A model generated the notes under the pieces. It saw nothing but the letters and a program-made list of their open reading frames with translations. It did no database searches and was not told the origin of the DNA. Shown here piece by piece: positions 36,613 to 43,893 of a stretch of DNA of 43,893 bases. Position 1 is the stretch's first letter, and every line of letters starts with the position of its first letter. This DNA comes from a virus (taxonomy: Duplodnaviria > Caudoviricetes): the IMG/VR virus record IMGVR_UViG_3300033149_003492, positions 1 through 43,893 of that record, one strand, 5' to 3'. Position numbers and translations under genes: made by a program.

Positions 36613-37432
36613 GAACCACCTCCTCTATGTGGGGTAATGGAATGGTGTATAACCGTGGCTTCACTAATATGTCCTTAGTATCCCACTCGATGACTATATA
36701 GCCAATGTGGGGGAGCGTGACGATGCTACTCTTGAAAGCATAGGCGGTGCGCAGTTGCCAGGCCGGAATGGTATAAGCCTGCAAGTCAGGGGCAACAAAG
36801 ACCCCAGCACAGCGATGCCGGTGCGCGCGCACAAAGAGCTTTGTTCTCAGCCCCTCGGCCCCATACCACCGAGCTTCCTCAGACCGCTTCATCAGCATGT
36901 CCCGTAGCAGGGTAGTCACCTCGTACCACGAAACTCGTGTAGCCCCTAAGTGGTGCGATAGGTTCACCACCGGCTCTGAGCCTCCCGGCAACCGCAGGTT
37001 TATCTCCCACCAGCCCCGTTGCTTGGTGGCCGGGTCTTTCTCGGCCTCTAGCATCTCGGACAGCAGACCAAGAGCCTCGCTTGCTTTCCCCTCATGCCAG
37101 GGTGTGCCCTTGACCATGTAGAATCGTTTGGTACATTCGCGCCAGGGCCTTAATAGCTGATAAGCTGCTAGAGCCTGAATGTCGGTGCGATTGGTGACTA
37201 GCTGTCCATCTCGGATGCTGGTGCCCTGCACCGCGTCCCCCAGGAGCGTTATCACATCCGGTTTCAGTCGTCGCACTCGACGGCTTGCGTCCTTCCAGCA
37301 ATCGAGCAGGAACCGTTGGGCCTTGCTCAGGTTATAGTAACCCCCGTCCGGCAAAGGGACTTTGGGAGGCCAAAGGGCCACCGTACTGCCGACATGTAGG
37401 TCGGCGATAGCTACTATTCTGAATGGACGCAT
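36602..37432 (-). CDS. Calcineurin-like metallophosphoesterase
   Basis: IADLHVG, LGDAVQG, KGT.WH, HH and RAHRH motifs. Confidence 0.85.
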   Translation of the reverse strand: MRPFRIVAIADLHVGSTVALWPPKVPLPDGGYYNLSKAQRFLLDCWKDASRRVRRLKPDVITLLGDAVQGTSIRDGQLVTNRTDIQALAAYQLLRPWRECTKRFYMVKGTPWHEGKASEALGLLSEMLEAEKDPATKQRGWWEINLRLPGGSEPVVNLSHHLGATRVSWYEVTTLLRDMLMKRSEEARWYGAEGLRTKLFVRAHRHRCAGVFVAPDLQAYTIPAWQLRTAYAFKSSIVTLPHIGYIVIEWDTKDILVKPRLYTIPLPHIEEVVHAD

Positions 37433-37659
37433 CAGTTCCGCATCCCCAACCAGCCTGCGATGCTGGCGAGAGCAGCCGAGAGTACGGCTTGCAGAGCCGT
37501 GGAGCGGCTTACGCGGTTCTCCACGACTTCTATTCGTGTTTCTAGCTTGCCCACACGTTTGCCGAACTCTTTGATGTCGGCCTTGATCTCAGCCACATCA
37601 TCCTGGGTACGGTGCGTTCTCTCGTCAATGCGCACAAGTAGTTCGTTGTTGTCTAGCAT
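37432..37659 (-). CDS. Coiled-coil membrane protein (XhlA/holin-accessory-like)
   Basis: LLVRIDERT coiled coil followed by a C-terminal transmembrane segment. Confidence 0.65.
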   Translation of the reverse strand: MLDNNELLVRIDERTHRTQDDVAEIKADIKEFGKRVGKLETRIEVVENRVSRSTALQAVLSAALASIAGWLGMRN

Positions 37660-37692
37660 GTGTGCTCTCCTGTGGCTTTCTCATAAATCCCC

Positions 37693-38808
37693 CTATGTCA
37701 CTACCCACTCATCAATCATCTTCCATGTCTCTGTTTCCCCCTTGAGCACGCGGTATTGTCCATACTCCGGGTTGTAGGCCAAGCAGAAGATATACCCACC
37801 CAGTTCCCACTCGGCCCTGTGAACGTATCCCTTCTTGTCGCACCATTTCATCGTTGCTGGTAGAATCGCCAACTTCATCTTGGCAACTTCTCTCTCATCT
37901 GCTTCTGGGTCGGCCTCCTCGTTCTGCCCCTGTAACGCGGCCACTCTAGTATAGTCGGCCAAAGTCCGGCCCACGTAGTGGTCAACGATGTCGAAACCCA
38001 TCTCCTGCCAGTCCGAGGCGGCGCCGGTCTGAAAGATGGCAGCGAACTTCACGTCGTCATCTGGGGCAATGCGCATATCGTAGTTGACCAGCCAATCAAA
38101 ATAGGTATTGGGGTGTGGTGCTTTCCGAAACCCTGCATGACCACCGTGCCAGACGGCTCTATCCCAGCCCACCTCCGTGATAATGATTGGCGGCAGCCGC
38201 AAATTGTGACTCAATATCTCCTGGCGTGTCTTGCGGTATCGAAACACTCGCCATGGGTGCCAGGCGAACGGTACTCCGTCGTTGCTGTCGGCCCCCTCTG
38301 GCCAGGCATATTCATGCAGCCCTAGATAATCGGTTTGGGTTAGCACCGGCGAGTACAGCGGCAAGTGTTCCAATTTGGGCCAGCCGACGCTAAAGTTCCC
38401 TGTGATAACTCGGTTGCCGTGCAAGCGAAAGAGACGTATCAACTCGGACTCGAACTCAGAGAGCCGTCGCATGTCATCGTCCGACCAGGGGATGAACTCA
38501 TTGACACTCTCAACGACGTTGGTTAGTCTACGCCATCTATCGTAAGCCCCCACTGTATGATCGAAGAACTTGTGTGCTCCTGCTGTGCCCTGCAATACCC
38601 ACTCACGTTGCTGGTTATCATCTACCCATTGACGTGGCCAGACGAATGGTCTTTTCACCCCCCTGGCGTCGTACTCCGGCAGCACCTCCCGTTCGAGCCA
38701 TTCTGGGCTAACGTCGGTCATGCACTTGACGGCCGGATACAGAGCCAGCCGCAGATGATGGGCCGCTGCACCGCTCTCTCTCTGCACATGGGCCGCCAGC
38801 TTGGTCAT
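37693..38808 (-). CDS. Putative endolysin: clan GH-A-like TIM-barrel glycoside hydrolase
   Basis: ESVNE (acid/base), GNFSVGWP, LGLHEY and IIITEVGWD (nucleophile) motifs, in the lysis position. Confidence 0.7.
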   Translation of the reverse strand: MTKLAAHVQRESGAAAHHLRLALYPAVKCMTDVSPEWLEREVLPEYDARGVKRPFVWPRQWVDDNQQREWVLQGTAGAHKFFDHTVGAYDRWRRLTNVVESVNEFIPWSDDDMRRLSEFESELIRLFRLHGNRVITGNFSVGWPKLEHLPLYSPVLTQTDYLGLHEYAWPEGADSNDGVPFAWHPWRVFRYRKTRQEILSHNLRLPPIIITEVGWDRAVWHGGHAGFRKAPHPNTYFDWLVNYDMRIAPDDDVKFAAIFQTGAASDWQEMGFDIVDHYVGRTLADYTRVAALQGQNEEADPEADEREVAKMKLAILPATMKWCDKKGYVHRAEWELGGYIFCLAYNPEYGQYRVLKGETETWKMIDEWVVT

Positions 38809-39143
38809 GCTAGAGCCTCCAGTATCTCGATGTCTATATACTTATCATCCTCGTCGTTTGGCACTATCTCCTTTTCGCCGGTATTCCAGGTTATCTCAAA
38901 CTCACCATAGTATGCGCCATAAGTATCTGTGTCATCAGAAGCCCAGCTATATTTCACCGTACCATCCGCTGCGGTTACTATAGTTGCTGTCGCGTCAATC
39001 TTGGCTATGCTTGCACCTTTCTTACGCATGTGAAAGCGCACACCTGTGGCTGCAGTTAAGTCTATACCAGTCCCCGACGCATCCTTCAATGTGGCCTCTA
39101 GGTCAGGCTCCAAACAATTCTGCTTTATCACAAAATCGGCCAT
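38805..39143 (-). CDS. BppU-N-like baseplate/tail protein
   Basis: IDLT.AT.VRF.M, G.VKYSW...DTDT.G.Y.GEFEI motifs. Confidence 0.75.
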   Translation of the reverse strand: MADFVIKQNCLEPDLEATLKDASGTGIDLTAATGVRFHMRKKGASIAKIDATATIVTAADGTVKYSWASDDTDTYGAYYGEFEITWNTGEKEIVPNDEDDKYIDIEILEALA

Positions 39144-39334
39144 CAGTAATCTACCTCCACACTGGTCTTGTGCGCCGCGATACTTACACTTGTCTTATGA
39201 GATTCGACACTTGCACTCGTTTTGTGAGAGGCAATATCTATACTCGTAGGGTAATCTATATCCGGCGGCACAGCCGTCACCGTCTGCCACCATTTGAGAG
39301 CCCACCGAAACACGCTGCGTATCGTAGCCATCAC
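39143..39334 (-). CDS. Small protein with SHKTS repeats
   Basis: Coupled ORF with three 9-aa repeats. Confidence 0.5.
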   Translation of the reverse strand: MMATIRSVFRWALKWWQTVTAVPPDIDYPTSIDIASHKTSASVESHKTSVSIAAHKTSVEVDY

Positions 39335-40668
39335 GTCACCGCCGTTATGGGGGCAGCAGTATCATCCGTGGTTACGGTCTTAGTCGTGAATGTGGTCCCG
39401 TCCGTCTTTTTGATTGTCCAGGTTGTGCCGCTCAAAGCCGATTCCAGCGTTGCCAGTATGATTGCAACGAGGGAATGTGCATCTGCCGCATCTTCGACAT
39501 TGCCCGCTCCTCGTTTCAGTACCTCGTCGGCAATCGCCTGCGCCGTTGCCGTAGCGATGGCTACCCCATCGGTACCTGTATCGGCGAGGATGGAATCCAC
39601 ATTGGTATCAACGGTATCTAGTTTACCATCATGCGTTGTTAGAGCCGCTGCGGTTGCCGCATTATCCGTCCCCCGCATCGCTGTCCCGTGGGGGGCTGTA
39701 TCGCGTAGAGGCTGCAAGCCATCGGTGCTAGGATCGAACGCCGATGTGTCGCCGTTGGCGAGTATTCTGCTGATGATCGTGTTGTCGGCGACCTCAGCGG
39801 TCATGTCTGCCCCCACCGTCGCGGTCTTGCACAGATGGTCGAGGTTGTTCGCCACTATCGCGTCCTCGGCCTCGGACTGCACTTCCGCGTCCCAGGCCGC
39901 ATTCCAGGGCACGTCAGTGAGTCCTGCTCCAGCGGTGCCAATCTGGGTTTGTAGATCATTGGTGTCGGATTGCACACCAGCAACTTCATCACTTATATCT
40001 TTCAGCGTGTCGCCATCCGCACCACTCAGGTCGTCCAGGGTATTTTTCGTCCCCTGAATGCCCGCGACCCTGTTATTGGCGTCTACCGTGGGCAGGCCCC
40101 CGTTCGCGGCAGGTGCAACATCGGGCAGCGCCTTAGCAATCAAGCCCGTGTGAGCACCCTTGGTCTCATCCAAAACCGCGTCGGCGATGGCTGCTGCCGT
40201 TGGGTTGGGATTGGTCAGATTCGTAGCTGTGCCTATAGTGCTCGCGGACTTGTTGTAGCCGGTGCCATCATAGTCTGCCTCCAGGTTATCCGCCGCTGTG
40301 CTGTCCCCGCTGACCTCCACCACGTCTACTTGGAGCTTGTCTGTGCTGTACTTGGCATCGTAATCGTTCTGGTTCATGACCATGTACTCATGCCAGACCG
40401 GTAACGCACCATCCTCGTGAACCGCCAGCAAAAGCCTGCCCGATGTTCCGGTGTCGGTAGTATCTACTGGACAGTCATAGTATCCCAACTTGTCGTACGT
40501 GCACGCGGAGGACTCATTCTTCTGAGCCAGACTCCCGCCGTTCTTACTCAACTGAACATCGGCTTGGGATATAGTTAGGCCCGGCTCAGCGGTCTTGCCG
40601 TCACTATCGTCAAGAAACGGCCCGATTTTCAGGGTCGCAGCCGTAGATTGTCTGAGTTCTTGCATCAA
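39331..40668 (-). CDS. Putative tail-associated structural protein
   Basis: D/T/A-rich. LRQST..IGPFLD..DG.T N-terminus and repeated A.AIAD.VL motifs. Confidence 0.65.
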   Translation of the reverse strand: MMQELRQSTAATLKIGPFLDDSDGKTAEPGLTISQADVQLSKNGGSLAQKNESSACTYDKLGYYDCPVDTTDTGTSGRLLLAVHEDGALPVWHEYMVMNQNDYDAKYSTDKLQVDVVEVSGDSTAADNLEADYDGTGYNKSASTIGTATNLTNPNPTAAAIADAVLDETKGAHTGLIAKALPDVAPAANGGLPTVDANNRVAGIQGTKNTLDDLSGADGDTLKDISDEVAGVQSDTNDLQTQIGTAGAGLTDVPWNAAWDAEVQSEAEDAIVANNLDHLCKTATVGADMTAEVADNTIISRILANGDTSAFDPSTDGLQPLRDTAPHGTAMRGTDNAATAAALTTHDGKLDTVDTNVDSILADTGTDGVAIATATAQAIADEVLKRGAGNVEDAADAHSLVAIILATLESALSGTTWTIKKTDGTTFTTKTVTTDDTAAPITAVT

Positions 40669-41333
40669 CCTCTCCTCAATCTAGCGTAGTGCATGACCAC
40701 CGGAAGGCTGATTCCCCCAGCCTCCAAATCCTCATCGTGAACTTCAACCTCGTCGTAGTATACGTCTACAGACCAACTCCAGCTATGCTCCACAGTTCCA
40801 ATACGAACCCTCTCAGGTTCATATAGTGTTCCTGATGATTCGTCTGTATGTGATGCCCGCTCTACCCCATCAACATAGATTCGCGCGACCGGATTTACTC
40901 CAGACCAGTCGTAGAGCAAGCCTATTTTGTACCAGGTCTCGGTTGACAGGTCAGGATCGAGTGCAACTGTGTCATCACTGCCGTCTTTATTCCTGCACCT
41001 TAGTGCCCATGTCCCCCCATTCCAATAAAGCAGAACAATCTCTTTATATAGCGGGTCCTCGCGGCGTAACGTAAGAGCTGCGCCATAACCACCGCTGCTT
41101 GAGTTCAGTCTGAGGTAGCATTGCGCATACACCACATCGCTTTCGGGGATAGTAAAAGTTTTGTACGCTATTGCCTTGTGACTAGTGCCGCCTGTACCTG
41201 CCGAATGCTGCCCATATGTACCAGCATGTGCAGCGGCCTCGACGACTTCCAGTGTACTGGTGCCGTCCGTGGTAGTGCCAGTGAACTCCGTAAAATCGCC
41301 GCTTTCATAGCCATCAGAGAATATCTGCGTCAT
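40665..41333 (-). CDS. LamG/ConA-like beta-sandwich tail protein
   Basis: IFSDGYESGDF, WYKIGL, IYVDG and YYDEV motifs. Confidence 0.65.
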   Translation of the reverse strand: MTQIFSDGYESGDFTEFTGTTTDGTSTLEVVEAAAHAGTYGQHSAGTGGTSHKAIAYKTFTIPESDVVYAQCYLRLNSSSGGYGAALTLRREDPLYKEIVLLYWNGGTWALRCRNKDGSDDTVALDPDLSTETWYKIGLLYDWSGVNPVARIYVDGVERASHTDESSGTLYEPERVRIGTVEHSWSWSVDVYYDEVEVHDEDLEAGGISLPVVMHYARLRRG

Positions 41334-41650
41334 GCCATTCTCGCCTCAGCAAATCTTCGCCACCAAGCCCCGTCGCCTTCGGTGACGACCTTCTCGCCAG
41401 GGTTCACAATGAGTATGGCAATGCGGAGCGGGTCTTTGGAATGCACGTGCATGTATACATCACCGTATTGCTGCTTTTTTGGTCTCACGGCAACGCATAC
41501 GAAATCGGCAACGTCACTCAAGGTCGCCGAGGGGTTGAGCTTGCTCCAAGTGCTCAAATCCTTGCTCGTGACCGTCATTATGCTCTTGTCCGAGTAAGTT
41601 ACCTCAGCGATGGACTTACCGCCACCACGGAGCGAGATCACTTTAGGCAC
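41330..41650 (-). CDS. Hypothetical protein
   Basis: Coupled to neighbours on both sides. Confidence 0.55.
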   Translation of the reverse strand: MPKVISLRGGGKSIAEVTYSDKSIMTVTSKDLSTWSKLNPSATLSDVADFVCVAVRPKKQQYGDVYMHVHSKDPLRIAILIVNPGEKVVTEGDGAWWRRFAEARMA

Positions 41651-41855
41651 CTTCGCCCTTCTCCATCCTCACCAGCCACACCCCGTCGGCCCGACCCTGG
41701 AACTCGTACTGCCCCGACTCACCACCCCACTGCTCAGCGAGCTGGTTGATGGCCGCGTTGATCGGCTCGACCATCTCTCGAATGATGCGCTGCCTGCGCT
41801 CCACCAGCGATGCGACGATGGCCGCCTCCCAATTCTCCAGCTTCCGAATGTCCAC
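41643..41855 (-). CDS. Small coiled-coil protein (possible tail-fibre chaperone)
   Basis: SD AAGGAGG directly after the tail fibre stop. Confidence 0.6.
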   Translation of the reverse strand: MDIRKLENWEAAIVASLVERRQRIIREMVEPINAAINQLAEQWGGESGQYEFQGRADGVWLVRMEKGEGA

Positions 41856-41864
41856 GTGTCCTCC

Positions 41865-43893
41865 TTATAATGCTTTGAACATCTTGTCCACTTGATACTG
41901 TGTGTGCCAATCCCACACGACCACCTCACCAGAGATCTCAGGACCGCTAGAAGCTATCCTGCGAAGTCGGATTGCCAAGTTGTCGTGAGGTACTATTGCA
42001 TCTCCAGCGTCGATGTCGTAGTCAAGGGTGAACTCAGCCCAATATGTTGCCCACCTGGTACCGTCGACTACGGTGATCTCATCCGTTACAGTATGGACTC
42101 CGTCGGGTACAAGATCGTCCGAGCCTACCTGGTTCCAACCTACCTGGAGCTGGAACTTGTCTCCCACGTCCTCCGGGTCTGATAGCGCGACCAGCACATG
42201 AAAGATAATATCGCTTGCTCCATCCCAACGTCCAGGCACACTCTCGCGGAAAAATAGCTCCTCGTTATCCTCATTCCAGATTGGCAAACTGTACCCTACA
42301 AAAGCACTATCGTCATCCCGAAGCACCCCAGACGGTTTGCCTTGGCCTAAGATCCTTGAATACTCGAGCTGCGCTCGAAGCGTCAGAGCTCTCTTAGCCA
42401 CCAACCGAAAGGTCCCGTCACCCAGAACCCGCATGAGGGGGGTGGTGCGATTCCGTATATCCAAGACCGTCTCAGCATCACCCAAGACCTGCGATGAGGT
42501 ACCGCTACGTTTGCGTCCGCTCAGTGTGATTGCTGCCGTTGTGTCAGTAGGATCAGTGACTCCAATAGTCCCGCGAAGAGCCAGCGCATCTGCATCGCCG
42601 TCGGAATAGCCCTCTATCCATGCTCCACCCAGAGTAGCACTGCGTTTCCTTACCCCAAAGAAAGTGTTAGCATCCACATAGTCGGTCATGCTGTGAGAGA
42701 CATCGGAGGACTGGAGCGCAAACGCCAAATCATCGTTGGCGTCCTGGTCAATCACCAGGCCCTTAGTCATGTGGCTCTCTTTAGCCGCATTGGAGATGTC
42801 ACCAGAGAAGAAAACATCCCCAGTGCCTGCCCCCGACGCCGTGCCGACGTTGAGGCCGCCATCAATATATAGCGATGGTCTCCAATCATCTGCCCCCGTA
42901 ATATAGGTTATCCACATATCGCCGCCAGAAAACTTGTAGGCATACTTAACTGGAGCTTTGGTTTCATCCACAGAAAAATGAATTGTAGAAATGCCATCAG
43001 TGTATTCGTTCAGCGCAATGTTGTTAGAATGTGAGCCTATCCCTCCACCCGTGCCAACGCCAATAATCACAGTATCTTGAGTTCCATCATGTAGGGTAAA
43101 GATCTCGCCACGAAGTACGCTATCGCTCACCCATTGCACGGCAGCCTCTTTCGCCCAAACATCGCCAGGTAGCAAAGCCAGACCGCTGACGTCTAACGTG
43201 ACATTCCCCGCCCCCGCCGTTATCGACCCGTCTGTGTCTATGTACGCTTGCACCGTCGTGCCGCCGCGAAAGTTCCAGCGACCCTCACTTTTGTCCCAGA
43301 ACAGGTTGGCCTTGTTCGTCGAGTTATCGCCGAGAAGAAGGTCGCCAGACGAAACCGACTCGCTGTTATAGGTTTGCGCTGCTGTAAAGATGGCAAGATT
43401 CGTCGTCGCGGGCGCCGAGGTATCTTCACCAATGAAGACATCTCCGTCCGTCTGCAAATCGATGTGCACCGTCGTGTTCGTTCTGAGCTGCACTGCCCCA
43501 GCGGTGATGTAGACGTTGCTCTTATTCGCCGCGACCTGCCCTAGTGTCCAGGATCCCCCGGTGAGTTGTGCCTGCACCACATCGCTGTCGTCCAGGAATC
43601 GAATGCCGTTCGTGCTGTCGATAGTGAGATAATCCGATTCGCTGTATGCACCCAGGCCGACTCCGTAGGCCGTGGTGCTGAACCCATAGACGCCGTTCAG
43701 GTTGCCGAGGGCCCAATGCTCCGTCCAGTCGTTGTAGGTTGCGCTGTTGCGGATGTTGCCCACGATGGTCGGGCCATACTCACTCGTGGACTTGATGCCG
43801 TGCACTGAATATATATCGATGAATCCGTCATCGGTAGTGCCAGTGTTCACCACCGCATCGCCCGCATACCAGTTGTTCGCCCCCGTGCCGTCC
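41865..43893 (-). CDS. Large tail tip/fibre protein, C-terminal part
   Basis: The 662-aa ORF-track frame is the in-frame continuation of 1..3414. It is G/T/S/D-rich and beta-type in composition. Confidence 0.85.
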   Translation of the reverse strand, partial: DGTGANNWYAGDAVVNTGTTDDGFIDIYSVHGIKSTSEYGPTIVGNIRNSATYNDWTEHWALGNLNGVYGFSTTAYGVGLGAYSESDYLTIDSTNGIRFLDDSDVVQAQLTGGSWTLGQVAANKSNVYITAGAVQLRTNTTVHIDLQTDGDVFIGEDTSAPATTNLAIFTAAQTYNSESVSSGDLLLGDNSTNKANLFWDKSEGRWNFRGGTTVQAYIDTDGSITAGAGNVTLDVSGLALLPGDVWAKEAAVQWVSDSVLRGEIFTLHDGTQDTVIIGVGTGGGIGSHSNNIALNEYTDGISTIHFSVDETKAPVKYAYKFSGGDMWITYITGADDWRPSLYIDGGLNVGTASGAGTGDVFFSGDISNAAKESHMTKGLVIDQDANDDLAFALQSSDVSHSMTDYVDANTFFGVRKRSATLGGAWIEGYSDGDADALALRGTIGVTDPTDTTAAITLSGRKRSGTSSQVLGDAETVLDIRNRTTPLMRVLGDGTFRLVAKRALTLRAQLEYSRILGQGKPSGVLRDDDSAFVGYSLPIWNEDNEELFFRESVPGRWDGASDIIFHVLVALSDPEDVGDKFQLQVGWNQVGSDDLVPDGVHTVTDEITVVDGTRWATYWAEFTLDYDIDAGDAIVPHDNLAIRLRRIASSGPEISGEVVVWDWHTQYQVDKMFKAL
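43782..43893. repeat. Terminal direct repeat (circular-assembly overlap), copy 2
   Basis: Identical to 1-112. Confidence 0.97.

Noticed and set aside
38984-40057. Long plus-strand ORFs (357 aa here; also 472..1200 and 8469..9170)
   Set aside because: They are antisense shadows of well-supported minus-strand structural genes.
41865-43893. Diversity-generating retroelement targeting the tail fibre
   Set aside because: There is no reverse transcriptase, and I saw no TR/VR-like repeat pair.

Overview
This window looks like one complete, circularly permuted tailed-phage genome of about 43.8 kb. Bases 1-112 are repeated exactly at 43782-43893, and one ~1776-aa tail gene reads through that junction. 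It is siphovirus-like, and the host is probably a Chloroflexota/Anaerolineae bacterium (inferred from the SSB, OmpR-type domain and lysin styles). There are three transcription blocks. (1) A minus-strand late operon runs from terS/terL through portal, head, tail and lysis genes (16831->1->36085). (2) A minus-strand replication/recombination operon (35441->21546) carries a Cas4-like nuclease, a Gp3/RDF-like protein, SSB, DUF5131, a DnaB-N/AAA helicase and a putative iteron origin. (3) A plus-strand island of small genes (17733-21244) ends in two tandem Ocr-like acidic proteins. I found no integrase, CI-like repressor, DNA polymerase, reverse transcriptase, tRNA or CRISPR array. The most striking locus is the non-coding 35440-36085 interval. 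In minus-strand order it holds a ~240-nt highly structured RNA candidate with complementary (kissing) loops, an intrinsic terminator, a perfect CIRCE (host HrcA operator), a near-consensus sigma70 promoter and a structured 5' leader. Other oddities are a VRR-NUC::OmpR-wHTH fusion, a stand-alone TyrRS-type S4 domain in the head module, and a palindrome-rich region upstream of terS. All protein family calls come from motif recognition by eye, not database searches.
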